Source of the DNA: Candidatus Heimdallarchaeota archaeon
GTDB lineage: Archaea > Asgardarchaeota > Heimdallarchaeia > Heimdallarchaeales > Heimdallarchaeaceae
Assembly: GCA_030668825.1 (NCBI GenBank)
Contig: DAOVET010000001.1
Span: 42,634 to 106,633, forward strand
Direction: 5' to 3'
DNA length: 64,000 nucleotides
In this document: in pieces, positions 9,278 through 20,079 of the stretch
Layout: every line of letters begins with the position of its first letter
Numbering within the stretch: position 1 is the first letter of the stretch
The notes under the pieces: generated by a model
Told to the model about the DNA's origin: nothing
What the model saw: the letters and a program-made list of their open reading frames with translations, nothing else
The model's database searches: none
Position numbers and translations under genes: made by a program

Positions 9278-11623
9278 TTATAATAAATTAGCTAAATCAT
9301 TTAATACCTCAAATTCTGAAAAATCGGTTCCAATTCTCTCCACTAATCTATATATCATTTCACTACTTGTGCTTTTTAATCTAATTTTTTCTCCAGCAAT
9401 TTCTTCTAAAACTTCTTCTAAAGAGCCCAATTTCCAAATAAATATATTATCTTCTAAAAGGAGTTTGGTAAAATCATTTAGAATTTGTTCATTTGCTAAA
9501 ACATTTTCTAGATTCTTATCAAGAAACTTAGATAATTCTTCTTGTTCTTTGAATTCATTTAGCATTTTTCCAAGAACAGAATCCTTGAAAGGTAAATATT
9601 TCTTTTTTGTATCCCCTTTAGTTTTGTTTGCAATTGGAAAAGCTGCATCTAGATCTACTACTATTAAGGCTTCAACCTCAAGTTTTTTTATTAGTTTCCA
9701 AACAATTGGAAGGTTTCTAATTCCATGTAATTCAATTATATCCCAACCATTTGATTCTAATTTGAAATTCTCAGGAAAATTAGTCCCCAGTTCTTCAACG
9801 AATAATTTATCGTTTGGTCCTTCTACAATCATAACTTTGTTAGAAAAGAGTAGTTTATTTACACTGTCGATTCTTTTTAGGAATTTACTTGCTTTACCTT
9901 CAGATGACTTTCTTTTTGATTCTTCTTCTTTGTCATCAATCTCAGATATGTTAAATCTTATTAGTTTTCCATATACACCTTTCCAGATTTGTGTTCTGAG
10001 AAAATCGTTAATGAAATATGGGGAATGAGTAATCAAAATATAAGTAGGAATAATCTCTTCATTTAGATAGTTCGATATTGTGTTAATCACTTTTCTTTGT
10101 AGTTGTGGATGTAATGCTCTTGCTGGCTCATCAATTATGATTGTTTTATCTCCTCTTTCAAATAAAGAAGTTAGAATCATTAAAGTTTCATAAGCTCCAC
10201 TTGGTGCTTCATGCATCTCTATTGGTACATTCATGCTATCTGTAAATTGAATTAAGGGAGCTCTTTCTATAACATTTTCTTCTATATCAGCCCATTTAAC
10301 ATTTTTTTGAATATCTTCATTATATCCTGTTGTTGATGTTGTTCTAATAACATCCCCAATTATAAGTTTAGGATAATTTTCTGTTACTCTAATTGGTTCT
10401 TCTTTTACATAAACATCAAATTTCATTTTGAAAAGATTCTCAAATTCTTTCTTTAAATCATAAAATCTCTTTCGTTCATTCTGTATAGAAGAATTTTTCC
10501 ATCTATAAAGTGTTTCAGATAATTGGTTTATGGTGAAATAGCTGATACCCGAATAATCTTCAGCAATAAGACCTCTATGTTCAGGTATAATAATTGTTCT
10601 GTTTTTAAAGAGTTTTTTAATAATGTTGCAAAAAATAATATGAGAACCTTCATTTTCAATCGGATAAAACGCTTTAATTTTTTGAAATACTTCATATGAA
10701 AGATTTTTAATTTCACCCTTTCCATACTTTAGATTCAGATTTGGTAAAGTTATCTTATAGGAAATATCTGCATCAAATGTACTTTCAAGCATTTTGTTTA
10801 CAACATTAGGAGAAATTTTAGCATCATCTTTTCTCAAAAAAATATGCATTGCTTTTAGTAAACTTAGATTAACATCACTGTTCTTCTCATTACTTAAACC
10901 ATCATAATCTATTAGATAGCATCTAGATTTCTGAAAAACAGATATTGAAGGTATCAATCTAGTAACATCTGCTTTAAGATTAACTTTTATTTTCTTAAAT
11001 AGTTGACCGATATTAGAATGCATATCATTTGATAAAAGAATCCTCTTGAATTCTAATAGTCTATTACCTTTCAAAAAACCAAGTTTAAAAGTAAAATCAG
11101 ACTTTTCAAGGGTTTCTTTAAATTTCTCAAAGTTATTTTTATCCAGTTTTGAAAAAAGTTGATTTCTTTTTTCTTGAATTTTCAGCACTGGGGTTTGTTT
11201 AGTCTCAGGCAATTTAAGATTTAAAATATTTTTATTAAATTCATATAGATTATTGATTTCGTTATCATCAATATCAAATATAATTTCTCTGATGAACATT
11301 TCCTTGAAATCATTAAATCTGTTTGATTCTTCCATCTCTTCTATTTCTCTATAGATACTCACGCATAATATTGAACCAAGTAGTTCCTGCTCAAATTTTG
11401 ATAGTTCAAGTTCTATGTTTAGGTTAATATCTGGATCATATTTACCTAAATCTACAGAGTTTTTTTCTAAACACAAACCCACCAGTTTAATAGCTCTTAC
11501 TACATTGGTTTTTCCAGATCCATTAGGTCCAACTATGAAGTTGTTTCCGTTGTTAAAAGTGATTTCTTGGGTATCTTCTCCATAAGACAGGAAATTCCTG
11601 AGTTGGAGTGATGTAATTTTCAT
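9278..11623 (-). CDS. OLD-family ATP-dependent nuclease (ABC ATPase + TOPRIM)
   Basis: Walker A GPNGSGKT, signature PSG, Walker B/D-loop IIIDEPARALHP, H-loop ITHSPY, TOPRIM VEGPND and VDLD. Confidence 0.88.
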   Translation of the reverse strand: MKITSLQLRNFLSYGEDTQEITFNNGNNFIVGPNGSGKTNVVRAIKLVGLCLEKNSVDLGKYDPDINLNIELELSKFEQELLGSILCVSIYREIEEMEESNRFNDFKEMFIREIIFDIDDNEINNLYEFNKNILNLKLPETKQTPVLKIQEKRNQLFSKLDKNNFEKFKETLEKSDFTFKLGFLKGNRLLEFKRILLSNDMHSNIGQLFKKIKVNLKADVTRLIPSISVFQKSRCYLIDYDGLSNEKNSDVNLSLLKAMHIFLRKDDAKISPNVVNKMLESTFDADISYKITLPNLNLKYGKGEIKNLSYEVFQKIKAFYPIENEGSHIIFCNIIKKLFKNRTIIIPEHRGLIAEDYSGISYFTINQLSETLYRWKNSSIQNERKRFYDLKKEFENLFKMKFDVYVKEEPIRVTENYPKLIIGDVIRTTSTTGYNEDIQKNVKWADIEENVIERAPLIQFTDSMNVPIEMHEAPSGAYETLMILTSLFERGDKTIIIDEPARALHPQLQRKVINTISNYLNEEIIPTYILITHSPYFINDFLRTQIWKGVYGKLIRFNISEIDDKEEESKRKSSEGKASKFLKRIDSVNKLLFSNKVMIVEGPNDKLFVEELGTNFPENFKLESNGWDIIELHGIRNLPIVWKLIKKLEVEALIVVDLDAAFPIANKTKGDTKKKYLPFKDSVLGKMLNEFKEQEELSKFLDKNLENVLANEQILNDFTKLLLEDNIFIWKLGSLEEVLEEIAGEKIRLKSTSSEMIYRLVERIGTDFSEFEVLNDLANLL

Positions 11624-11844
11624 AAATATTTTAGTCTCAACTTAATTTATAAATCATACGATTGAATGTTCATTTAAAATTCTAATCAATCAGATTCTAT
11701 GATTGGTTGGTTTAAAGAAAGAATCTATCTCCACTTTATTGATTTCCAAATTTTTAATATCAATTTCTCTGCTAAACATAAATAGTACTACTACGAAGAT
11801 CAATATACAGTAAGAATCAAATAAAAAGTGTAAATTCTGATGTT

Positions 11845-12216
11845 CTAATACTGTCTTTTTCTATTAAGAAAGTTTGCTTCTACTTCTGCTTCTATCTCTT
11901 CTCTTATCTTCTCCTCCATTCTTTCAGCCCATTTATTGAAGAGATACTTAAATGGTAACACTTCTATTAAGAATAATAGTAAGAATATTCCAGAACCTAT
12001 TACTCCCAATATTCTCAATAATATCATCCATATTGCTTCCCCCAAAACTGTCTTCTCAAAATAGAATGCTGCTGCTGTTCCGCAAATAAACACTACTGCT
12101 CCTATGAACGCACCTAATCTATCTTCCCAGCTAAATACTTTTTCTCTCTCTCTTCTTATCCTTTCTGCGTATCTCTTTAATTCAGTATTTTTTATTATCA
12201 TATAAACCCAAACCAT
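11845..12216 (-). CDS. Small two-TM membrane protein
   Basis: Two hydrophobic helices flanked by charged segments. Confidence 0.6.
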   Translation of the reverse strand: MVWVYMIIKNTELKRYAERIRREREKVFSWEDRLGAFIGAVVFICGTAAAFYFEKTVLGEAIWMILLRILGVIGSGIFLLLFLIEVLPFKYLFNKWAERMEEKIREEIEAEVEANFLNRKRQY

Positions 12217-12318
12217 ATCTTTTTTTCATCTTTCTACTCATCTCTGCAGGATGTGTTTCTTCTATTATTATCACCATCCACATGACGAAAAATACTGTCA
12301 AATATCCCATTATCTCTA

Positions 12319-12633
12319 TCAACTTATCCCCTCCACTAACAGCTCCCCTATTGTCCTCTCTGTCATCTCAAAGAAGCTCATTATCCCCTCACTCTCATGG
12401 ATCAGTTCATGTAGTTTCTTTAGTTTCACTTCCCTTCCCAGATTATCCTCGAAAGCTATCTCATAACTCCATGCTCTCTTCTCCCTCTCTTCTATCATCC
12501 ACTCCTTCTGTTCTTCAAAGAAGTTCTTCAGGAAGAATTGTAATCCATATACTGTCGTTATCTTCTGTCTTGTTAGTTCTATCCTTCCCTCTTTCCCTTC
12601 TACATAGATTACAAAGACCATATTCCAGTTCAT
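12319..12633 (-). CDS. Hypothetical protein
   Basis: 104-aa Glu-rich ORF on the purine-rich strand, like its neighbours. Confidence 0.45.
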   Translation of the reverse strand: MNWNMVFVIYVEGKEGRIELTRQKITTVYGLQFFLKNFFEEQKEWMIEEREKRAWSYEIAFEDNLGREVKLKKLHELIHESEGIMSFFEMTERTIGELLVEGIS

Positions 12634-13032
12634 TTTGCTCTATTTTGCTTATCAGAACTTTGGTTTATAAAGTAGGGAAAGTTTTTTTCTCGAGTTTTTA
12701 AATCAATTTACAGATTAGTGGTTGAAGCTGGCACAAACCCTTGAAATTCATATATCTAAAAAATATAACTCATCACACTTTAGCTGGCTTCGACCCACTC
12801 TTTTCTTCTCTCAATCTCCTTCATCAGTTACTTATGGAAGCAAAATTAAAAATCTGGGTTTTAGATTGATAAAATAGAGAAAATTAGTGAATTTTTCAAC
12901 CTTCCTCTCAAACACCTGAAAAAAATAGACTTCTAACTTATCTCACATTTAGTATTTCTATATCCTTATTTTATTTCGATAGAGGAAAATCAAAAATGCA
13001 AAAATCAAACAAACTATTCTTGTTCAAGTATA

Positions 13033-14700
13033 CTATCTTCTTCTTTTAGAACTAAATCGGGAATAACCAAATACAATTAGTGGGATTAGTACAATTAAAG
13101 AAAGAAACGAGTAGTAAATATTATTATTCCTATAAACTGGAGGTTCAGAAAGAGGATAAAGATCTTGTGCATTTGCAAATCCATCAATATAATAGCTACC
13201 AACTACCACAAAATAGTCTGACCAATAATTTCCTTCCTCATTTTCTTCATCATACCAGAGATTATCTCCATCATCTCTCGCTTGGGAAGTACCGTAATAC
13301 TGGTTGTTATTGTAAAAGGAATTATGGTGAACAAGATTGTTGACTGAATCTTCATCTAAAAATACTCCCCAAAAATAATTATTAGTTAAAGTATTGTAAG
13401 TAATAGAGATATTTGATGAGTTTTCAAGCACTAACCCATGATTATTATTGCTTAAAATATTATTTTCGATTAATGAATTACTTGTTTGCACAAGTAGAAT
13501 CCCTTGTTTTTTATTGAAACTACAGTTATTGTTCATGATGGTTATTCTATCACTAAATTTAACATGTATTCCTATTAATGTTTGATCCAAGACTTGATTT
13601 TTTATCATGAATTCAGAGCAATTGGAAATAAATAGCTGACCATAGATTGGTTTTGTTATTTTCAAATTATTTTGGTTTGTAAAATAACCGTACTCTTTTC
13701 CATTTATCATATTGTTGTACACTGTGTAAGTATGATAATCTGCTGGATTTAATTCGTAAAAATAATAGTCACACTCTGTTAATGTATTCCCAATAAATTC
13801 AGAAAATTCTGAATCCCTTACATATATACCATTAGACTCGGTAGTAATTTCATTATTTATAACAGAGACATTTCCACTATATACTACTGTTAATCCTATT
13901 CCTCCTCCAAAACAGTAATTGTCTGTTACTACAGAATCATTTGAATGAGATAATCGAATGTTAAACTGAACATTATTGAAACAAGAGTTATTTGCAACTA
14001 AAGCTGCTCTAGATGTATGAAGATATATCCCTCCTAAATAAGAATTGTTATGAAGAGAATTGCTAACAACGGTAGCGAAGAAACTGCTACCAAGAAGTAA
14101 TCCTCCTTTGAAATTATCTGAAATATTATTACCATAGATATAACTAGAATTACAATTATTAAGGAAAATACCTCCTTCATTACTCTTTGTACATGTATTA
14201 TTTACGATTCTAATATTTGGTGAAAATATTACATGGATACCATAGCGTAAACCTTCATTACATGTATTTTTGATGAGCTCTATACCTTCTGCTTTACTGA
14301 TCTCCATCCCAGATTTTTGATAATTCTGACACAAATTTTCCTTAATTTTGATACTGTTAGGTGCTACATTTAGAATATAGATACTGTAGTTATCACCATC
14401 CAGAAAACAATTTTGGATCAGGAAGCATTTGGTAGTATAAGATATTGATATACACGCTTCTTCGGTTGTAGTAATGTTAAGATTCTCTATACGGTAAGGA
14501 TCTACAGCTGTTCCTTCTCCTGGTAAGCTGTAAAGAGAGATATTGGTATCAGATTGTATGACAATAGGTATCGAGATTATATATGAATTAGAATTTAAAT
14601 TTCCACTATCTGTGGTAGCTGTAGTAATTTCTATACTCCAACTTTTCATTAGAATTAAACTGAAACACACCACTACTAGTAACCCTTTCTGATATTTCAT
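13033..14700 (-). CDS. NosD-like right-handed beta-helix surface protein
   Basis: Repeated GIxL...N.I.NN parallel beta-helix units, C-terminal GNYWSDY...D.YPL motif, signal peptide, TM anchor plus basic tail. Confidence 0.88.
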   Translation of the reverse strand: MKYQKGLLVVVCFSLILMKSWSIEITTATTDSGNLNSNSYIISIPIVIQSDTNISLYSLPGEGTAVDPYRIENLNITTTEEACISISYTTKCFLIQNCFLDGDNYSIYILNVAPNSIKIKENLCQNYQKSGMEISKAEGIELIKNTCNEGLRYGIHVIFSPNIRIVNNTCTKSNEGGIFLNNCNSSYIYGNNISDNFKGGLLLGSSFFATVVSNSLHNNSYLGGIYLHTSRAALVANNSCFNNVQFNIRLSHSNDSVVTDNYCFGGGIGLTVVYSGNVSVINNEITTESNGIYVRDSEFSEFIGNTLTECDYYFYELNPADYHTYTVYNNMINGKEYGYFTNQNNLKITKPIYGQLFISNCSEFMIKNQVLDQTLIGIHVKFSDRITIMNNNCSFNKKQGILLVQTSNSLIENNILSNNNHGLVLENSSNISITYNTLTNNYFWGVFLDEDSVNNLVHHNSFYNNNQYYGTSQARDDGDNLWYDEENEEGNYWSDYFVVVGSYYIDGFANAQDLYPLSEPPVYRNNNIYYSFLSLIVLIPLIVFGYSRFSSKRRR

Positions 14701-14754
14701 TTTATCACTCTTGTTTTATCTTCTAAATCTCACTTATTCACAATTTATTCTGAA

Positions 14755-16476
14755 TTATCTCAATTTCTTTTCTTGATTATTGAATCTTTTTTTCCTAATT
14801 GTTATTTGGAAATAACCATAAATCATCAGAGGAATAATAACAGCAAACGAGAAAAAAGCATAGTAAATATTCTTATTTCTATAAACTGGGTGTTCAGAAA
14901 GAGGATAAGGATCTACAACACCAGCAAAACCGTCTATACTGTAGTTTCCAACTCCTGAATAGTCTTCCCAGTAGTTCCCCTCCTCTTTTTTCTCATCATA
15001 CCAGAGATTATCTCCATCATCTTTTGCTTGGGATGTACCATAGAAGTTGTTGTTTATGAAAACGTTATGGTGTATTGAGTTATTAGCAGAACCACCACCT
15101 AATACCACTCCCCATAATCCGCTATTTGTTATCACATTGTATGTGATCTCATTGTATGAGGATTGCTCTAATAAGATTCCATACAACCCATTATATTCTG
15201 AAGTGTTGTTAATTATATTCACTCGTTCAGATTTAAATAAATAGACTCCACTTCTGCTATTAAACTTGAAAACTGATTTTGAAATAGATATGTCCTCGCA
15301 ATAATATAGACTTACTCCTGTAGAAAAACTACTTATCAACTGGTTCTTAATTTTGATGTTATTACAATTTACAAGATGTAACTGATTAAAGATTGCTTCT
15401 GAAAGAGTAAGGTCATTTTCATCAACAAAATACCCGAAAAGTTTGTCATTAACGTAATTGGAAGTTACGTAGTACTTCCTGAAATCTTCCACAGTTGATT
15501 CGTATATTCTAAACCCACAATCATAAAGCATATTATTGCTGATTATTGAGTATTCCGCATCCTTTAGATATATACCTGTATTACTCCCTGCACAGATATT
15601 GTCAGAAACAGTCACGTTACCGCCTAAAACAACAATAATCCCATATATTTCACCAGAACAAATGTTTCTTGTTACTAAAGAGAAATTTGAGCTGTGGATA
15701 TCTAAATTAGGTTGCCGATTATTATAACAGATATTATCAGAAACTGTCGATGTATAACACCTAAGTAATCTTATCCCTCCATGTAAATCATTTAAGTAAC
15801 AGCGATTATGCATAATAAGAGAATTCGTACAATCATCCAACACAATCCCTCCTTTTTTATTCTCATAACAAGTATTGTTTTTAACTATGCTTTCAGAACT
15901 TTTATCTATAAACATCCCGACCCAGCTGTTATCAAAACAAGTATTAAGCTCGATTTGACAATTTGGTGAATCTTTGATATGTATACCAAAATAGCTATTT
16001 GAGTAACAGGTGTTATTAATTATCAGTGAGTTTGATGAATTATAAATACGAATTCCTCGTATAGAATTACCAATACAAATGTTGTTTTCAATTTTTGCAG
16101 TTTCATTTTTAACTGATTCTATTACAATACCATTTACAGATGCGTTTACAAAACAATTTTGAATTAGAAAGTGTTTAGTTGTATTGTAAACATAAATTCC
16201 CCTTTCTTTTGTTGTAGTTATATTGAGATTTTCAATTATGAAAGGATTTACAGCTGTTCCATCACCTAGAAATCCATAATCTGTGAAATTAGAGTCATTT
16301 GTAATAACGATTGGTAATGAGTCAATATAGGAAAGAAAAGGTTGATAAGCTTCTTTAGAAGGAAATCTATAACATGTATTCTGAAATTCAGTTTCTTTAG
16401 ATTCTACTGAGGTAAACATTGACAGTAACAAAATACAAAAAATTGTAACTGTTACATTCTTTCTCATATAACCCAT
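14755..16476 (-). CDS. NosD-like right-handed beta-helix surface protein (tandem paralog)
   Basis: Same architecture as 13033-14700; shares GTSQA.DDGDNLWYDE..EEGNYW. Confidence 0.88.
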   Translation of the reverse strand: MGYMRKNVTVTIFCILLLSMFTSVESKETEFQNTCYRFPSKEAYQPFLSYIDSLPIVITNDSNFTDYGFLGDGTAVNPFIIENLNITTTKERGIYVYNTTKHFLIQNCFVNASVNGIVIESVKNETAKIENNICIGNSIRGIRIYNSSNSLIINNTCYSNSYFGIHIKDSPNCQIELNTCFDNSWVGMFIDKSSESIVKNNTCYENKKGGIVLDDCTNSLIMHNRCYLNDLHGGIRLLRCYTSTVSDNICYNNRQPNLDIHSSNFSLVTRNICSGEIYGIIVVLGGNVTVSDNICAGSNTGIYLKDAEYSIISNNMLYDCGFRIYESTVEDFRKYYVTSNYVNDKLFGYFVDENDLTLSEAIFNQLHLVNCNNIKIKNQLISSFSTGVSLYYCEDISISKSVFKFNSRSGVYLFKSERVNIINNTSEYNGLYGILLEQSSYNEITYNVITNSGLWGVVLGGGSANNSIHHNVFINNNFYGTSQAKDDGDNLWYDEKKEEGNYWEDYSGVGNYSIDGFAGVVDPYPLSEHPVYRNKNIYYAFFSFAVIIPLMIYGYFQITIRKKRFNNQEKKLR

Positions 16477-16640
16477 GCAAAATCCTCTTCACTCAAAATA
16501 AGGCAGATATTAATTTTTAAAGATTTTGACTGCATTTTAATTAATTTCCTTTTTCGAATACTATTATAAGTGTTTAAGATATATTATTCTAGATAAAAAG
16601 ACGGTTCAAACATATAGAAGACTTATCTAAAGGTGAAAGA

Positions 16641-18092
16641 TTGAAAACCAAATTCAAAGTGGCTATAATTGCCGGAGCAATAATAGGGCTCGTAAGTATA
16701 ACTATCCCTACTGTTTTTTTTCTAATACAACCTCCAGAGATAACCAATGGTAATAATGACAATAAGAGTATTGATAATGTTATTTACCCAAATCCGCTTT
16801 TTTACCGAGGAACAATTTCAGATATGATGCTTGAAAGTGACGACAGAGTACAGTTTATTGTAGGTAGCTATAATGCCACCTATGTCACCTATCCTCATTC
16901 ACCTGCTTATATAATTTTAGATCACAAAAATCAAACGTGTACATATAAAGAGATGTTCCCAGGAATTACTTCAGGAAATATGCATCAACTAAAAATAGGT
17001 TTAGGTCCAAATAATGAGTCAATTGCTTATAATTTTTTTACCAATCCTTTCGGTTATCTAGTGGCATACTTGTACAAAACAAATACTCTTGGGAGATGGA
17101 TATTCTATCCTGCACTTTCTGATAAACCCATGCCTTACGGTGGTTTTAATAGGAGAAGTGTGTATAACTGGAATTTTATGCCTTCAGGAAAAATAAATCT
17201 CGCTTTCTTATATCAAGGAACTTATAATACACCTGCAATCTATAATGAAACAACAGATAGTTTTTTCTTCTTGAGCGATGTTTTTGAGGAAATTAAAGAT
17301 CAAGTAATTCTTAACAGGTATGGAGACTTTGCAGTTGTAGATTCAAATATTTTCTACTTTTGGTCAGAATATATAAATGAGTACAACTTTCATCCTTATC
17401 TAGCTATTAAATGGCAGGGAGAAGGATGGCAACTAACAAGAATAGGAAATGAATCAGAAACATATATGCCCATCAGTATTATTCCTCAGAAAAATGTAGT
17501 GAATATTTTTTATCATGATTCTGGTAAAAGCAGTTTGAATAGTAGACTCTATCACACCCAGATTTATAATTCTACTAGTAATACTACAACACTTCTACAC
17601 CAATTTGATGGGAGAACTGTTTTTCGTCAAGATTCTGTATGTGCTCTCTCTCAAAATGAGTATGTGTTCTTGTATACTAAAGGGTCGTATGTACTAAATG
17701 CACAAAGAGATCTGTTTATGGGTTATTATGATGGTAAAGAATTCTATGAATTTATGCTTACAGATACTCCACAACTTCTTGAACATCGAGCACATTGTGA
17801 ATTAGGGGAGAATTACATTCATTTGGCTTGGGAAACTAGTATAGACAAAGGAACTGGAATCTATGACCCAATGCAGACTAATCTTTTCTATAATAGAATA
17901 TCCTTAAAGGAAATAAGACTGTCAAAAGAAACTGTTATAATACCATCAATGATAACCATAAAGAATGAAAACCATAGAACAAAGCTCTTTAACGATTGGA
18001 CTTTCTTAAAACTTACTATCTATATTGCTCTGTCCATCAAAATCCTTTTTTTTCCAGTAAAATTCTTGTGTGAGATACAGGGATTCTTATGA
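16641..18092 (+). CDS. Membrane-anchored extracellular protein (beta-rich, possibly propeller-like)
   Basis: N-terminal TM, Tyr/Asn-rich beta-type body; preceded by aaggtga RBS-like motif. Confidence 0.7.
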   Translation: MKTKFKVAIIAGAIIGLVSITIPTVFFLIQPPEITNGNNDNKSIDNVIYPNPLFYRGTISDMMLESDDRVQFIVGSYNATYVTYPHSPAYIILDHKNQTCTYKEMFPGITSGNMHQLKIGLGPNNESIAYNFFTNPFGYLVAYLYKTNTLGRWIFYPALSDKPMPYGGFNRRSVYNWNFMPSGKINLAFLYQGTYNTPAIYNETTDSFFFLSDVFEEIKDQVILNRYGDFAVVDSNIFYFWSEYINEYNFHPYLAIKWQGEGWQLTRIGNESETYMPISIIPQKNVVNIFYHDSGKSSLNSRLYHTQIYNSTSNTTTLLHQFDGRTVFRQDSVCALSQNEYVFLYTKGSYVLNAQRDLFMGYYDGKEFYEFMLTDTPQLLEHRAHCELGENYIHLAWETSIDKGTGIYDPMQTNLFYNRISLKEIRLSKETVIIPSMITIKNENHRTKLFNDWTFLKLTIYIALSIKILFFPVKFLCEIQGFL

Positions 18093-19784
18093 AATTATTA
18101 TTGTTTTCATTAAATTGGTTTGAACTAAGAAATATTCAGGGTCTGTATTGTCGTTATAACAAGTGAGCACAAAATTAATTGTAGAATCTACAATAAATGA
18201 AGTGTTGAGAAAACCTCTAATTTGATAATTACCTGATTTTTGGAGCACAAAAGAGTAACCTCGTGATCTATTTAAGATTAAGTATTCCAATTGCGGTTCT
18301 TCTGCAATGATTTCAATATAACTAAATAATCTAAATGTGTCAAATAACAAATTATTGTCACTATCTATAACTATAGAATCGACTCTAATAATATCTGCAC
18401 GCATAAAATCTGGAACATTGTGGTAAATATATTGGAAATTAATTTCCATTACAAAAGTAGAATTTTCATATAATTCTACTTCTTTAATCGTTATTGATGA
18501 ATTACTAGACCAATTCATACCATAAGCATCAGCAATTTCAAAGTTGTTGACAGTCCAACCATCACAAACTTCTTCTCCTTGGATGATCAAATTACTAGGA
18601 AGCCCTAGAACTAAAATTATTAGAATAAAGGAGATTGCTTTTTCAATTTTTATCTTTTTGGAATAATTAATTGGAACGATTTTATCCACTTCTTTAACAA
18701 TCTTATCCTCTTCTTCAGTCTGATCAGTTTTTTTTCTCATTTTTAGTTTATGTATTAGAAATAGCAAACTCGAAGATAGTATCAATGGAATTATAAATAA
18801 TAAAAGAACCATAATAAAACCTGCTAGAAATTCGCTTGAAATTGCAGAAATGTCCAAATTGAGATATGATTCTAGAATAAGGGATAAGAGTAAATTGTGA
18901 AATAACAAATCGCTCCAGAAAAATATTGTAAACAAGGTTATAGCTATAAAAAATATACTAGCTATCGAAAGTGAAATAATTTTAATTTTTCGTGATTTTG
19001 CTATTAAAGGTTCCTTAATCTTGCTTTGTAGTTTTGAAAGTATTAAAAAGATCCCACTTGTCACAAAAATATAAGCTAAGTAGATACCCAAAGGACCAAC
19101 TTTTCCAGTAATAGGTAAAGTAAAAAGACAAGCAGAACCGAACATTCCAACTAAGCTAAAAGTATAAATCCCATAGAATGGAATAAATGCAATTGTTTGA
19201 TCAACTAGTTCTTCTTTACTATTTGTCCCCTTATGTTCACTTGAGCTCCTTGTTTTTTTCGTAGAAATAATTAAGATCACCCCTTTTAGAAACAACAATA
19301 AAGGAGTAATAAATATTAAGAACAAGAAAAGAACATTCAAATTATTAGTATAACTATTTGCTCCACCAAGAAACATTATAGCTCCCCCTGCCCCATGAGA
19401 CGAGTATTGTATGTGAGCTATTAGTCTTACTAGCTCATCTATATGATATATTGCGAAAAAAACACTAAATAATCCCACTTTTCTTGGGTAGAGTCTAGAG
19501 AGAAGGAAACCAGTGAGTACAAGAATTGCACTTAATATATAATTGGCTAAAGTGTTTTTTTCATTTGAAATATATGCGTCTATCTCGACCCAATTATATT
19601 CTATTGTTCCATTAGCTGAAGATATATCCTGAATTTGAATCGTTTGATCATATAGTGTTAACTTTGATACTCTTATAGTTGCAATAAGTATAAAACCAAC
19701 AATTATCAAAACAGAGAGTATTAAAACAATATAATCCCAACATTTATTCTTGGAAATGTAAAAATGCATTCTTGTTTTCCTCAT
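18087..19784 (-). CDS. Polytopic membrane protein with C-terminal extracellular domain
   Basis: 565 aa with about 9 hydrophobic segments. Confidence 0.75.
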   Translation of the reverse strand: MRKTRMHFYISKNKCWDYIVLILSVLIIVGFILIATIRVSKLTLYDQTIQIQDISSANGTIEYNWVEIDAYISNEKNTLANYILSAILVLTGFLLSRLYPRKVGLFSVFFAIYHIDELVRLIAHIQYSSHGAGGAIMFLGGANSYTNNLNVLFLFLIFITPLLLFLKGVILIISTKKTRSSSEHKGTNSKEELVDQTIAFIPFYGIYTFSLVGMFGSACLFTLPITGKVGPLGIYLAYIFVTSGIFLILSKLQSKIKEPLIAKSRKIKIISLSIASIFFIAITLFTIFFWSDLLFHNLLLSLILESYLNLDISAISSEFLAGFIMVLLLFIIPLILSSSLLFLIHKLKMRKKTDQTEEEDKIVKEVDKIVPINYSKKIKIEKAISFILIILVLGLPSNLIIQGEEVCDGWTVNNFEIADAYGMNWSSNSSITIKEVELYENSTFVMEINFQYIYHNVPDFMRADIIRVDSIVIDSDNNLLFDTFRLFSYIEIIAEEPQLEYLILNRSRGYSFVLQKSGNYQIRGFLNTSFIVDSTINFVLTCYNDNTDPEYFLVQTNLMKTIIIS

Positions 19785-19949
19785 TCTTGATTAGATGTTA
19801 TAAGTACAAACGCGCTCTTAAAAATTCTTTGGAACATTGCTATAGCGCAAAACATAGAATCCATTTTATCATTCTCGCCCTTCAAATTATCATAAAACTA
19901 GTGGAGTAGCAATGATATATGAAATTCTATCTTTTTACAAGTAATATAA

Positions 19950-20079
19950 ATTGACACCGGTGGACAGGGGATGTTTACCTATCTCCGTCCCAAATACTAC
20001 TCTTGACATCCCTGTTATCATCTGCGGTAACAAATTTGACCTTAACGAAGCTCGTACTCTTGATAAAGATACTATTTAA
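19950..20079 (+). pseudogene. Relic of a third small GTPase (G3 and G4 fragments joined by a deletion/frameshift)
   Basis: 19950-20003 reads IDTGGQGMFTYLRPKYYS then stop; 20002-20079 in the next frame reads LDIPVIICGNKFDLNEARTLDKDTI*. Confidence 0.8.

Noticed and set aside
9369-10028. 219-aa plus-strand ORF and similar antisense ORFs (e.g. 1553-1891, 2402-2809, 12282-12701, 31858-32196, 44948-45268)
   Set aside because: Ser/Leu/Phe-rich antisense shadows of better-supported genes on the other strand.
11682-11710. Hairpin ctaatcaatca-N7-tgattggttgg upstream of the OLD gene
   Set aside because: Short, AT-rich and dependent on G-U pairs; could be a terminator or chance.
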